A program made the position numbers and the translations under genes. A DNA stretch of 64,000 bases from an uncultured Gammaproteobacteria bacterium (GTDB lineage Bacteria; Pseudomonadota; Gammaproteobacteria; Chromatiales; Chromatiaceae): the NCBI GenBank assembly GCA_964628835.1, contig CAZVME010000006.1, positions 3,580-67,579 of the forward strand, written 5' to 3'. Positions within the stretch are counted from its first letter, which is position 1. Every line of letters starts with the position of its first letter. Positions 17,941-30,138 of this stretch are shown here, piece after piece. The notes beneath the pieces are model-generated. The model did no database searches, had not been told where the DNA came from, and saw only the letters and a list, made by a program, of their open reading frames with translations.

Positions 17941-18789
17941 CTATTTTTGCAGGGCGTATAGCTGCTCAATCTCCTGCGCCCAGATGTCGCTGTCTACGGT
18001 CTCCAGGACCATGGGGATCTCGTCAAAACGGTCGTCATTCATGATGTAGCTGAACAGGTCCCATCCTATCTTGCCCTGGCCCAGGCTCTCATGTCGGTCT
18101 ACGCGTGATCCCAGATCTGGCTTGGAGTCATTCAGATGCATCCCGCGCAGGTAGTTGAAACCTACAATGGAATCAAACTCTGAGAAGGTGGTGTCGCAGT
18201 CAGCATGGGTGCGTAGATCATAGCCTGAGGTAAAGGTGTGGCAGGTGTCGAGACAGACGCCGATGCGGGATTTGTCCTCCACGCCGTCGATGATGCTGGC
18301 GAGATGTTCAAATCTGTAGCCCAGGTTAGAACCCTGTCCGGCGGTGTTCTCAATAACAGCTATTACATCCTGGGTCTGTTCCAGCGCCCAGTTGAGTGAT
18401 TCCGCCACCAGTGACAGGCTCTGCTCCTCTGGGATCTGGCGTAGGTGACTACCCGGATGGAAGTTCAGTAGCTTTAGACCCAGCTGCTCACAGCGCTGCA
18501 TCTCATCTAGAAAGGCGTGGCGTGATTTTTCCAGCCGTTCCGGTTCAGGGTGGCCCAGATTGATCAGATAGCCGTCGTGGGGCAGCACATGCTCGGCTGC
18601 TATACCAATTTGGCTAAGGTTGCTTTTAAACTTCTGGATGTTGTTTTCGCTGTATGGCTTTGCCTGCCACTGACGCTGGTTCTTGGTGAACATGGCAAAG
18701 GCTCTGGCGCCTATGCTCTCGGCATTGAGCGGAGCGTTTTCCACCCCGCCGCTAATACTGACATGGGCTCCAATACGTTTCATATACAA
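17941..18789 (-). CDS. nfo: Endonuclease IV
   Basis: IGAHVS...NFHPGSH...LENTAGQG...VCLDTCH...HLNDSK, the typical Nfo metal-ligand blocks. The true start may be MKRIGAHV at 18783. Confidence 0.85.
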   Translation of the reverse strand: MYMKRIGAHVSISGGVENAPLNAESIGARAFAMFTKNQRQWQAKPYSENNIQKFKSNLSQIGIAAEHVLPHDGYLINLGHPEPERLEKSRHAFLDEMQRCEQLGLKLLNFHPGSHLRQIPEEQSLSLVAESLNWALEQTQDVIAVIENTAGQGSNLGYRFEHLASIIDGVEDKSRIGVCLDTCHTFTSGYDLRTHADCDTTFSEFDSIVGFNYLRGMHLNDSKPDLGSRVDRHESLGQGKIGWDLFSYIMNDDRFDEIPMVLETVDSDIWAQEIEQLYALQK

Positions 18790-18858
18790 CTCAATTAATG
18801 GTGGTTGAACAGGTATTACTGATGGTACTGCAGGGAGGGGTGAAGGGCTAGAGTTGGG

Positions 18859-19758
18859 TTATCCCCAGGTGCGGAAACGCCCGGTATCCACGTGAATAAA
18901 GTTGGCTTGTGGGTAGTAACCTACGCCACCGGCACGCATGGAGAGGGCGGCTTTACGCAGGTTTGACAGGTCGGTGCCAGGGAGCCTGATATCAATGGCG
19001 CGTCCGCGCATGTGTAGGCTTCTTTTGGCGACGCCTCCACTACGTGAGCTAAGCATCCGGTTGGTCTTGGGAGAGCGGTATCCAGAGATGATATGAAACT
19101 CTTTGCGGCTGCCGATTCTTAGTTGCAGATCATGCAGAATATCCATTAGGCCTGCATCTATGCGGTGCTTGTCACCAGTGCGGTGGTCGCGCAGGAAGTG
19201 GGCCATGTCACGCATGGTTTCAGGTATATACTTGCCGTCTTCCCAGTAGGTGGCCCGGATCTTTTCACCGGTGTGAAGGTTTCTCAGCTGTATCTTTCTC
19301 TCACCCCTGGAGGCAAGTATGCGCTTCCTGGAGTAGCTCTTTTTCTTTTTGGCTATGACCTTCTTGGATTTGGTGCGCTGGGCAATTTTGGTCTTGATTC
19401 TGCTCTTGGTCTTCTTGACTATTCTGCGAACCTTGGATGCTGGCCTGGTATTGCTGAGGATCTCAGGTTCGAATACCCCTGTCAGTTGTTCGGAAAGATC
19501 TAGGATTTCTGGTTCGAATACTCCCGCCAGTGGCTCCGTATATTCAACCATTTCCGGGACAACGATTTCGTTGGCGATGGTGGGCATGGCTTCGATGAAA
19601 TCCAGACCAACTAGTTCATCTTTAATGATATTCTCGCTGAACATCAAGGCCTTGGGTAACAGGGCTGCTGCTACGCCGGTGGAGCAGGCGACAAAACGCC
19701 TCCGTGAGGTGTCGACGGCGGCGTCGCAGAACATGAGATTTTTTTGCTTGATAAACAC
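18859..19758 (-). CDS. DUF882 (peptidase M15A, YcbK/MepK-like) with a Tat signal
   Basis: SRRRFVA Tat motif. The C-terminus has SGYRSP.TN...H..G.AID...GGVGYY....FIHVDTG. Confidence 0.75.
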   Translation of the reverse strand: MFIKQKNLMFCDAAVDTSRRRFVACSTGVAAALLPKALMFSENIIKDELVGLDFIEAMPTIANEIVVPEMVEYTEPLAGVFEPEILDLSEQLTGVFEPEILSNTRPASKVRRIVKKTKSRIKTKIAQRTKSKKVIAKKKKSYSRKRILASRGERKIQLRNLHTGEKIRATYWEDGKYIPETMRDMAHFLRDHRTGDKHRIDAGLMDILHDLQLRIGSRKEFHIISGYRSPKTNRMLSSRSGGVAKRSLHMRGRAIDIRLPGTDLSNLRKAALSMRAGGVGYYPQANFIHVDTGRFRTWG

Positions 19759-19902
19759 TGCGTTTTATTTAGTAAAAGCTCTCTCCAGCGAAAAAACTGG
19801 TGATGTAATTTACCTTAAATCAGTATTTTAAGCAAAATAGTTACAAGGTCAAGCAATAAATTGGTCTAACTCTATTGTTTTACTGAATATTTTACTAGGT
19901 TA

Positions 19903-21669
19903 TTAGCCTGCCGCCCCAGAACCAGCCAGGCTCCTGCTCATCTTATGGTCGCGCTTATATATGTCAGGTCGGAACTGTACAACACCGTTTTTATCCACCC
20001 ATGCGGTCATATAAATGAGATATACAGGCACATTCTTATTTAGATCATGCTCTATGGTCTCTTCAGTTTCTATCAGTTCCACTACCTTGCTGGCTGACTC
20101 TGGTGTTGGGTTGTAGCCGTCGCCCAATAGCATGGCAGCAAGCTGTTCCGGTTTCTCCAGGCGGATACAGCCGGAGCTGAAGGCGCGAACCCGTTTATTG
20201 AACAGGGGGCGATAGGGTGTGTCGTGCAGGAAGATTCCATGTTTGTTGATGCTCTGGAACTTGATTCTTCCCAGGCTGTTGTGTGGACCTGGAGTCTGAC
20301 GCAGCATGTAGGGGAAGTACTCTTCATCAAACTGATACCAGTCAATATCATACGGGTTATATTTGGCGCTGCCCTGGTCCCGCATGAAGACTTCAATGTT
20401 TTGACTGTCGAAAAAGTTAGGATCCCTCTGTTGCTGCGGCAGCAGGTCTTTTACCGCTATGCTCTGTGGGGCTGTCCAGGTAGGGTTGAATACTACCTGG
20501 GTGATTGAGCTCATGAAAGAGGGGCTGGAGCGGTCCTTACGTCCGATAATGGTGCGCATTTTTAACATGGACTGCTCGTTCTTGATGAACTGCATCTCAA
20601 ACCCTGGGACGTTAACCAGGATGTACTGTGCGCCCAGGGATCTCGGCATCCAGCGCCAGCGTTCCATGCTGGTTACGATTTGACGAATACGCTCCCTGGC
20701 ACTGGTGTTCATGGCCTTTTTGGTGCCAGGACCTATTGCTCCGTCCATATCCAGCCCATGACGTTTCTGGAAGCTCTCCACTGCTACCCGTAGCTGATTA
20801 TCATAGACTTGGTCGTTACTGCCATAGACTTTCAGGCCGCCATTCAGCTCACCGGCCAGACGTCTCCTGACCAACGGGATATGGGGGTGGGTGGTTCCTG
20901 GCATTAGGGTGCGCCCCGGTGGGATCTGTGGCCAGGATCGGTTGTCGGCAATCTCTCGGTATTTGTCTAGGGCGGTGCGTAACAGTTTGTACGCGTTGTG
21001 CTGTGGCGGAAGATTGGAGATGGTATCTTTAAGATTGTTGTGTTTGAGGACCGTCTCAAGGGTTGTTATCGGATTAAATTTAACTGGAGTTATGTGCCAC
21101 TCTTCATCGGCAGTGCGTGGGTCGAGGCGACCGGAGTGGACATCCTTGCTGTATTTGAAGAAGGCGTTGGTTAGTGCAATGTCAAATTTAGCCATCTTTT
21201 CATCATCCAGCTGATGGCAGTTGTTGACATTTGGGGTTATCTCATAATCATCCGGGTTTAGCCCCTCCTGAAATGACATTTCCAGATAACCCAGTAACAG
21301 ATCCACGCTATAGCCGTGGTCGTCTGAACGGCACCAGGCCGGGCTGAAGCCGCGTGCCCGATAGAATTTACGTAGTTGCGCCCAGTCAAACTTCCGGGAA
21401 CTCTGGGCCATGTACTTCTTGTTGTCGAACACTGCCTTGATCTGGGAACCAAGGGGACTATATGAGTAGAAGTCCTCTTCGAGGTTGGAAAACCCCACGG
21501 CTTGCAGGTTTGTGGCGGGTATTAGTAGCGCCAGACACAGTAAAATTTTGACTCTTATGCTGCTCGCATCAGCAGGCTGAGTTGGTTTAGTGCGAAAATA
21601 CATTGGTACAGTGTCCTTGGGTGTCTGGTATGTGTGACTCAGGAAGAAATCAGGAGGCGCTTCCTGCAC
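19903..21669 (-). CDS. L,D-transpeptidase, YcbB/LdtD-like
   Basis: Peptidoglycan-binding repeat plus a YkuD domain (FLHDTP...FSSGCIRL). The start is possibly the internal MYFRTKP. Confidence 0.8.
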   Translation of the reverse strand: MQEAPPDFFLSHTYQTPKDTVPMYFRTKPTQPADASSIRVKILLCLALLIPATNLQAVGFSNLEEDFYSYSPLGSQIKAVFDNKKYMAQSSRKFDWAQLRKFYRARGFSPAWCRSDDHGYSVDLLLGYLEMSFQEGLNPDDYEITPNVNNCHQLDDEKMAKFDIALTNAFFKYSKDVHSGRLDPRTADEEWHITPVKFNPITTLETVLKHNNLKDTISNLPPQHNAYKLLRTALDKYREIADNRSWPQIPPGRTLMPGTTHPHIPLVRRRLAGELNGGLKVYGSNDQVYDNQLRVAVESFQKRHGLDMDGAIGPGTKKAMNTSARERIRQIVTSMERWRWMPRSLGAQYILVNVPGFEMQFIKNEQSMLKMRTIIGRKDRSSPSFMSSITQVVFNPTWTAPQSIAVKDLLPQQQRDPNFFDSQNIEVFMRDQGSAKYNPYDIDWYQFDEEYFPYMLRQTPGPHNSLGRIKFQSINKHGIFLHDTPYRPLFNKRVRAFSSGCIRLEKPEQLAAMLLGDGYNPTPESASKVVELIETEETIEHDLNKNVPVYLIYMTAWVDKNGVVQFRPDIYKRDHKMSRSLAGSGAAG

Positions 21670-21716
21670 TTACATGATTTCATTGATGTTTTACAGATTG
21701 CCTGCTGTGCCATATC

Positions 21717-24545
<2,829 letters not shown>

Positions 24546-24849
24546 AGGTCGCTACAGGGTGATGTCTTTATGTTATGTGGTTTATGCTGAAGGTGACAGT
24601 ATAGGCGTTATCCGCCGTAACCAGATGTAATTCCTACGAAATAGACGCTGGAAACCTACATGTCGTCGAGTTGACGCTGGAGGCAAAAAGTACCGTTCAG
24701 ACACGAAACGAAACATTATATCCTTACAGGAGAAATAATATAAGATCGGATGTCAGGTAGAGGTCTGAGTTGGCCAGTTTTTCTCATACCAAGAAACAAC
24801 TTGCAACAATAACTGGATAATTTGCGTTGATTTTTTTACTCTTACTCAT

Positions 24850-26169
24850 ATGTCCATATCAAAAAGACGCATAGTAACACCACAGATAAGCATTGATGGC
24901 TCAGGCAGTCTACCCAAGCGGCTGGTTGTAATCCTGCTATTGCTTGTGGTCTGGACTGGGGCCGTCTATCAGTTCGGACGTGATGGTTTCGATCTGGGTA
25001 TTATTGATCCGCCTGAAGAGGTGGTGAACTCCGGGCGCCAACTGGAACAGCTCAGATCAGAGTACAAGGCCCTGAAGAGACGGGCCGACGCAATTGGCAA
25101 ATCCGGGCAGGAGATGAGCAATGCCCAGAAGATGGCCATGGACGAGATCAGTCGGCTACAGGATGAACGAACCAGCCTGATCAAGGATATATCCGCCATC
25201 ACGGCATCGGCTGAAGAGCATAAGCTCAGGCTGGATATCAAAGATGTGGAAATCAGACCTGGCACCGAGCCGGGGATATTTAACTACACCGTGACCATCG
25301 AGCCGCAGCAGGGTGTAGATTGGGCGGTGAATGGTACCTTGAAGCTTGAGGTGGTGGGGGCGACAGATGGTGAGCCAGTCGTAGTTGGCATGTCTGAGGA
25401 TGATGGAGTCCAGGAGGATAACCGTCGCGTGTTTGGCCTGCAGCAGGATCTGAAAGGCACTTTGCAACTTCCAGAAAAATTTACTGCTGAGGCCCTGACC
25501 ATGGAGCTGGTGACCGGTGATGACTCGGCCAGCCTGCTGACGCAAAAGTATGAGTGGTCTGACGTGCTGCTGGACCCACAGCCACAACAGGATGGGGTGG
25601 CCACTACAGACGACGCGATCGAGAATCTGAAACGATCAAATCTGGCCCTGGTGATAAAGATGGCGAAGTATGAAAGGGCGGAGCAAAAACGCCTGGAGGC
25701 CGCAAGCAGCGGTGAGGCCAGTAAACTGGAGCAGGAGAGGGAGGCCATGGTACAGGAGGTCGCTCAGCTCAAGCAGAAGGTGATGGAGCTCAGTGGCCAG
25801 CTGAAGGTCAAGGGGATTAGCCTAAATCCAAAAGCCAAGGGTGGCAGTGTTGAAATGGAGGTCACTATTACCCGCTCCATCATAGATGGACAGCGTATGA
25901 TTGGTGTAATGACCGTATCCTTGATTGGGATTGAGGATGACAAGGAGAAGATCTATAACCTGGAGAAGCTTACCTCCGACCAGAAGCTAAACTACAAGCT
26001 GGGGTTTAAAAACTATCAGACCATTAAAGAGCCACTGCAACTGCCAAAAGGTTTTGTTCCGCATAAGATCATGATCCATGTTGAATCAGAAAATATCGAG
26101 ATTGAACAGCTCAATGAGGAGTTTGATTGGCTGGAACTGGCGGAAAAGGCCAAGGGTAAAAAATCCTGA
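24850..26169 (+). CDS. Membrane-anchored coiled-coil protein of unknown function with an internal duplication
   Basis: It has an N-terminal TM (LVVILLLLVVWTGAVY). Two coiled-coil-plus-beta modules both end in LQLP..F. Confidence 0.5.
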   Translation: MSISKRRIVTPQISIDGSGSLPKRLVVILLLLVVWTGAVYQFGRDGFDLGIIDPPEEVVNSGRQLEQLRSEYKALKRRADAIGKSGQEMSNAQKMAMDEISRLQDERTSLIKDISAITASAEEHKLRLDIKDVEIRPGTEPGIFNYTVTIEPQQGVDWAVNGTLKLEVVGATDGEPVVVGMSEDDGVQEDNRRVFGLQQDLKGTLQLPEKFTAEALTMELVTGDDSASLLTQKYEWSDVLLDPQPQQDGVATTDDAIENLKRSNLALVIKMAKYERAEQKRLEAASSGEASKLEQEREAMVQEVAQLKQKVMELSGQLKVKGISLNPKAKGGSVEMEVTITRSIIDGQRMIGVMTVSLIGIEDDKEKIYNLEKLTSDQKLNYKLGFKNYQTIKEPLQLPKGFVPHKIMIHVESENIEIEQLNEEFDWLELAEKAKGKKS

Positions 26170-26331
26170 TAGACCGATCTCAATTCCCGGCACACCAACT
26201 CCATATAAATCAATAACGTAATTCAAGTCCGCTCTGGGCAACCCTGTTACTGTGCAGGCGAGTTTTCGTAGGCTAGTATTAAATCAGTTTCAAATTCCTT
26301 AACAGATCCGTGTATTACCCAGGGATTATCT

Positions 26332-26648
26332 TAGGGCCTGTTAACACTAATCCAATAGGCTCTGTTACGCCTGAAAAAGCGTCAATCTAGGCGCGAGGAG
26401 TGTAGTTTGGTCATTCCAAATGAACAACGAGCAAAGCTTACCGCATCCTGCTCACGCACCTTACCAACATCCATGTTGGCAACAACGAGTGGCGCTTTTT
26501 CAGGCGTAACCCGAAGGGCTGGGGCTATTTTTCCGCCCAGCGGCGTTATCATTCATTCATGTAGAGTCACTACACATCACTCATTCTGCCTTGCTGGACG
26601 AAAAAATAGTCCCAGCAGTGCCTATTGGATTAGTGTTAACAGGCCCTA
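26332..26648. mobile_element. MITE-like non-autonomous element (317 bp)
   Basis: 29-bp perfect terminal inverted repeats: tagggcctgttaacactaatccaataggc at 26332-26360 is the reverse complement of 26620-26648. The outermost TA on each side could be a TA target duplication. It has no credible ORF. Confidence 0.65.
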
Positions 26649-26708
26649 GTTGTGCTGCCCGTTTTATATGAAGAATAATCCTGTGTCAGGGATCCACAAC
26701 AACAACCG

Positions 26709-28862
26709 GTGGGAGAGTTTAGAGAGATGAATTTTCGTAAAGTCGGTTTAGTGCTCCTGCTGTTGCTTCTGGTTACACTCTTCTTTGTCCTGGATCTTGG
26801 CCAGTATCTCAATCTGGAGTACCTTAAATCCAGGCATGTCGACCTGCTCTCCTGGCGTGATGCCAATCCATTCCAAAGCGCCCTGATATTCTTTCTGATC
26901 TATGTGGTGGTTACCGCGGTGTCCCTGCCGGGCGCGGCGATGATGACCCTGGCCGTGGGTGCAATATTTGGTCTGTTCTGGGGTACGGTGTTGGTCTCAT
27001 TCGCCTCTACCCTGGGTGCGACCCTGGCCTTTCTGATCGCCAGATTTGTGCTGCGTGACAGCGTACAGAATCGTTTTGGGAGCCGATTGAAGCCGCTGAA
27101 TCAGGGCATTGAGAAAGATGGGGCATTTTATCTGTTTGGGCTGCGTCTGGTTGTGGTCATCCCTTTCTTTGTTATAAACCTGGTCATGGGGCTGACCCCT
27201 ATCCGTACCTGGACCTTCGCCTGGGTCAGTCAACTTGGAATGTTGGCTGGTACGATAATATATGTAAATTTTGGCACCCAATTGGCCAGGATTGATTCCC
27301 TGTCTGGACTTCTGTCCCCATGGCTAGTGTTCTCACTTGCTTTGCTGGGAATATTTCCGTTGATTGCCAAGAAGATATTGTCTGTTATCAAGGCCCGTCG
27401 CGCCCTGGAGGGGTATGCAAAGCCTGCCAGCTTTGACTGCAATATGGTGGTTATAGGCGCCGGTTCCGGTGGGCTTGTGGCTTCTTATATTGCGGCTGCG
27501 GTGAAGGCCAAGGTTACCTTGATAGAACGGAACAAGATGGGTGGTGACTGCCTGAATACTGGCTGTGTCCCATCCAAGGCCATGATCCGCTCAGCCCGGT
27601 TTCTGGCGCACACCAAACGGGCGCAGGAGTACGGCTTCAAACCATTGCAGGCAGAGTTCAACTTTGCCGATGTGATGGAGAGGGTGAATGGGGTGGTGGA
27701 GAAGGTGGCGCCCCATGATTCAGTGGAAAGATACACCGGTCTGGGTGTGGATGTGATCGAGGGTGAGGCGAAGATCACCTCGCCATACACGGTGGAGGTG
27801 AACGGGGAGACGTTGACCACAAGAAATATTGTGGTGGCCACCGGGGCGGGGCCATTCATTCCGCCGATCGAAGGGGTTGAGCTAATCAACTACCTGACGT
27901 CCGACAATCTGTGGCAGCTGCGAGAGCTGCCGCCACGTCTGCTGGTGCTGGGTGGGGGACCTATCGCCTGTGAACTGGCTCAGTGCTTTGCCCGTTTTGG
28001 TTCCCAAGTGACCATAGTAATCCGGGGGCCGAGGTTGATGCGGCGGGAAGATGATGATGTGGCAGCACTGGTTACTGAACGCTTTCTGGAGGAGGGTGTC
28101 GATATTCGGGCCGGCCACATCATCAAGGCATTCCGTGTGATGGATGGCCGCAAGGAGTTGCTGGCCGAACATGAGGGGCAAGAGGTCTCGTTTGAATTTG
28201 ATCAGGTGCTGATGGCCCTTGGTCGGGTCGCCAACACCACTGGTTTTGGCCTTGAGGAACTGGGAGTTGAGATAAGTGAACGCCGCACCATCGAGGTAAA
28301 TGAGTTCCTGCAGACCAACTTTCCCAACATTTACGCCTGTGGCGATGTGGCAGGCCCATATCAGTTTACTCATACCGCAGGACATCAGGCCTGGTATGCG
28401 GCGGTCAACTCCTTGTTTGGTATGTTTCGGCGTTTTAAGGTGGACTACTCGGTTATACCCTTTGCCACCTTTACCACGCCAGAAGTGGCGCGGGTGGGCC
28501 TGAACGAGAAGGAGGCCAAGCAACAGGGCATTCAGTATGAGGTTACCAGCTACGGACTGGATGACCTGGATCGGGCCATCGCCGATGGAGAGGGGCATGG
28601 GTTTGTAAAGGTCCTGACCGTGCCGGGCAAAGACCGGATTCTGGGTGCTACCATCGTGGGTGAGCATGCCGGTGAACTGATCGTGGAGTTTATTAGTGCC
28701 ATGCGCCACCGCTATGGGTTAAACAAGATTCTCGGCACTATCCACATCTACCCAACCTGGTCCGAGGCCAACAAATATGCCGCTGGAAACTGGAAGAGGG
28801 CACACGCCCCGGAAAAACTGCTGCGACTGGTAGAGCGGTTTCATGCCTGGAACAGGGGCTGA
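26709..28862 (+). CDS. Fusion of a DedA/TVP38-type membrane domain to a class I pyridine nucleotide-disulfide oxidoreductase
   Basis: The N-terminal ~230 aa are polytopic (VTAVSLPGAAMMTLAVGAIFG). These are followed by GAGSGG, the redox-active GGDCLNTGCVPSK, a second NAD fold and a dimerisation domain. Confidence 0.8.
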   Translation: MGEFREMNFRKVGLVLLLLLLVTLFFVLDLGQYLNLEYLKSRHVDLLSWRDANPFQSALIFFLIYVVVTAVSLPGAAMMTLAVGAIFGLFWGTVLVSFASTLGATLAFLIARFVLRDSVQNRFGSRLKPLNQGIEKDGAFYLFGLRLVVVIPFFVINLVMGLTPIRTWTFAWVSQLGMLAGTIIYVNFGTQLARIDSLSGLLSPWLVFSLALLGIFPLIAKKILSVIKARRALEGYAKPASFDCNMVVIGAGSGGLVASYIAAAVKAKVTLIERNKMGGDCLNTGCVPSKAMIRSARFLAHTKRAQEYGFKPLQAEFNFADVMERVNGVVEKVAPHDSVERYTGLGVDVIEGEAKITSPYTVEVNGETLTTRNIVVATGAGPFIPPIEGVELINYLTSDNLWQLRELPPRLLVLGGGPIACELAQCFARFGSQVTIVIRGPRLMRREDDDVAALVTERFLEEGVDIRAGHIIKAFRVMDGRKELLAEHEGQEVSFEFDQVLMALGRVANTTGFGLEELGVEISERRTIEVNEFLQTNFPNIYACGDVAGPYQFTHTAGHQAWYAAVNSLFGMFRRFKVDYSVIPFATFTTPEVARVGLNEKEAKQQGIQYEVTSYGLDDLDRAIADGEGHGFVKVLTVPGKDRILGATIVGEHAGELIVEFISAMRHRYGLNKILGTIHIYPTWSEANKYAAGNWKRAHAPEKLLRLVERFHAWNRG

Positions 28863-28892
28863 TTAGATACCGCATAACAAAAGGACTGCGCT

Positions 28893-29363
28893 GTGGCCTT
28901 GCACAAGATAGTTTCAGGAGGACAGACCGGGGTGGACCGCGCCGCCCTGGACGTTGCCCTGCAACTTGGCATGCCCTGTGGCGGCTGGTGTCCCAAGGGA
29001 AGATTGGCCGAAGATGGCGAAATTGCCGCCCACTATCCACTGCAAGAGACCCCTTCCAGCAACTATCGGGTGCGCACTGAATGGAATGTGCGGGACTCTG
29101 ATGCAACCTTGATTCTCAATCTGGGAGACCTTGAGGGTGGTACCGCCCTCACCGAGGTGCTGGCAAATGGCTATGCTAGTCCTTGCATGGTGCTGGACCT
29201 GGAGTCAGACCGGAATCTAGAGCAAATACTGGCCTGGCTGCAGGAGCACGATGTTTCAATCCTCAATATCGCAGGCCCACGTGGTTCCAAGCAGCCGCAT
29301 GCGTACAGGTTTGCCACCGAGCTGCTGCAACGCCTTATCCCCATTGCCAGGGATCAGGTCTGA
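28893..29363 (+). CDS. YpsA / 'putative molybdenum carrier' (SLOG-superfamily) protein
   Basis: IVSGGQTGVDRAALDVALQLGMPCGGWCPKGR. GTG start with AAGGA 8 nt upstream. Confidence 0.55.
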   Translation: MALHKIVSGGQTGVDRAALDVALQLGMPCGGWCPKGRLAEDGEIAAHYPLQETPSSNYRVRTEWNVRDSDATLILNLGDLEGGTALTEVLANGYASPCMVLDLESDRNLEQILAWLQEHDVSILNIAGPRGSKQPHAYRFATELLQRLIPIARDQV

Positions 29364-29458
29364 TTACAGCTAGAAACAGAGTGTGATCTGGTGCTCAAAA
29401 TCACATGTTACGTCAATAATCTTATGTAGATAATTAAAGAAGTAGCGAAACTTATTGA

Positions 29459-29487
29459 TTGACAAGTAATTATATTCGTCCTATGCT
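29459..29487 (+). promoter_or_regulatory. Near-consensus sigma70 promoter
   Basis: TTGACA, a 17-nt spacer, then TATGCT, about 95 nt upstream of the lipoprotein gene. Confidence 0.4.
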
Positions 29488-29579
29488 CCAGAAAACCGCT
29501 GAGGATATAGAGTTGCGGTATCTGTACTATTTTTGCCAACGGCAATAACAAACTGGATGCTTAAGAAGGGGGAGTTACT

Positions 29580-29957
29580 ATGGCTCAAATTAGATTAGCG
29601 GCTGCTGCAGTGGCAGCAACCATAGCGATTGGTTCTCTGGCAGTAACTGGATGTACCGCCCGCGAAACGGGCAGTAATTATAGTAATGGTCAGGTGCCAG
29701 AAACCGGTGAGATGGTTGCAGATGCTGCTGTGGTCCGCCCCATGACCCTCTGGGCATCTGCCATAGGTGCAGTAGGCTGGGTAGTTACACTCCCGTTTAC
29801 CTTGCCCAGTGGCACCGCCGGTGAAGTTGGAAAGGCCTGGGTAGGTGACCCGCTTAAGTACACCTTCTGTCGTCCCGTTGGCGAGATGGATGATAATTCA
29901 GATACAGAGTGCTTCGCCAGAAACGATGGCGAGATAAACGACAACGTAAAAAGGTAA
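29580..29957 (+). CDS. Small lipoprotein, function unknown
   Basis: Lipobox LAVTGC and a good Shine-Dalgarno (GGGGGAG). Confidence 0.55.
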   Translation: MAQIRLAAAAVAATIAIGSLAVTGCTARETGSNYSNGQVPETGEMVADAAVVRPMTLWASAIGAVGWVVTLPFTLPSGTAGEVGKAWVGDPLKYTFCRPVGEMDDNSDTECFARNDGEINDNVKR

Positions 29958-30025
29958 TACCTCCCCCCGGCGACAGAAGGCTGATTCAGGATGTATCTGT
30001 AGGCCAATTTGTTGTGAGGTTGTTT

Positions 30026-30053
30026 AGAGCCACTTCTTAGTGGCTCTTTTTTT
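30026..30053 (+). terminator. Rho-independent terminator
   Basis: agagccac-ttct-tagtggctct followed by T7. Confidence 0.75.
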
Positions 30054-30138
30054 GTACGCGCTTAAGCGTGCGTGTAAGGGTAATCAATAGGTCGGCGGTA
30101 TCCGATTTCAGGAATTAATCAGAGATGATCTGGGTTAA

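Noticed and set aside
19440-19560. Tandem duplication inside the DUF882 gene (LAGVFEPEILDLSEQ / LTGVFEPEILSNT)
   Set aside because: It is a real in-frame repeat, but a short linker duplication within a well-supported gene. It is not an independent feature.
26407-26649. 80-aa ORF inside the MITE-like element
   Set aside because: It runs into the terminal inverted repeat and is low-complexity with no Shine-Dalgarno. The region is better explained as a non-coding palindromic element.
27882-28709. 275-aa minus-strand ORF
   Set aside because: It is antisense to the oxidoreductase half of the DedA fusion gene, which has canonical FAD/NAD and CxxxxC motifs.
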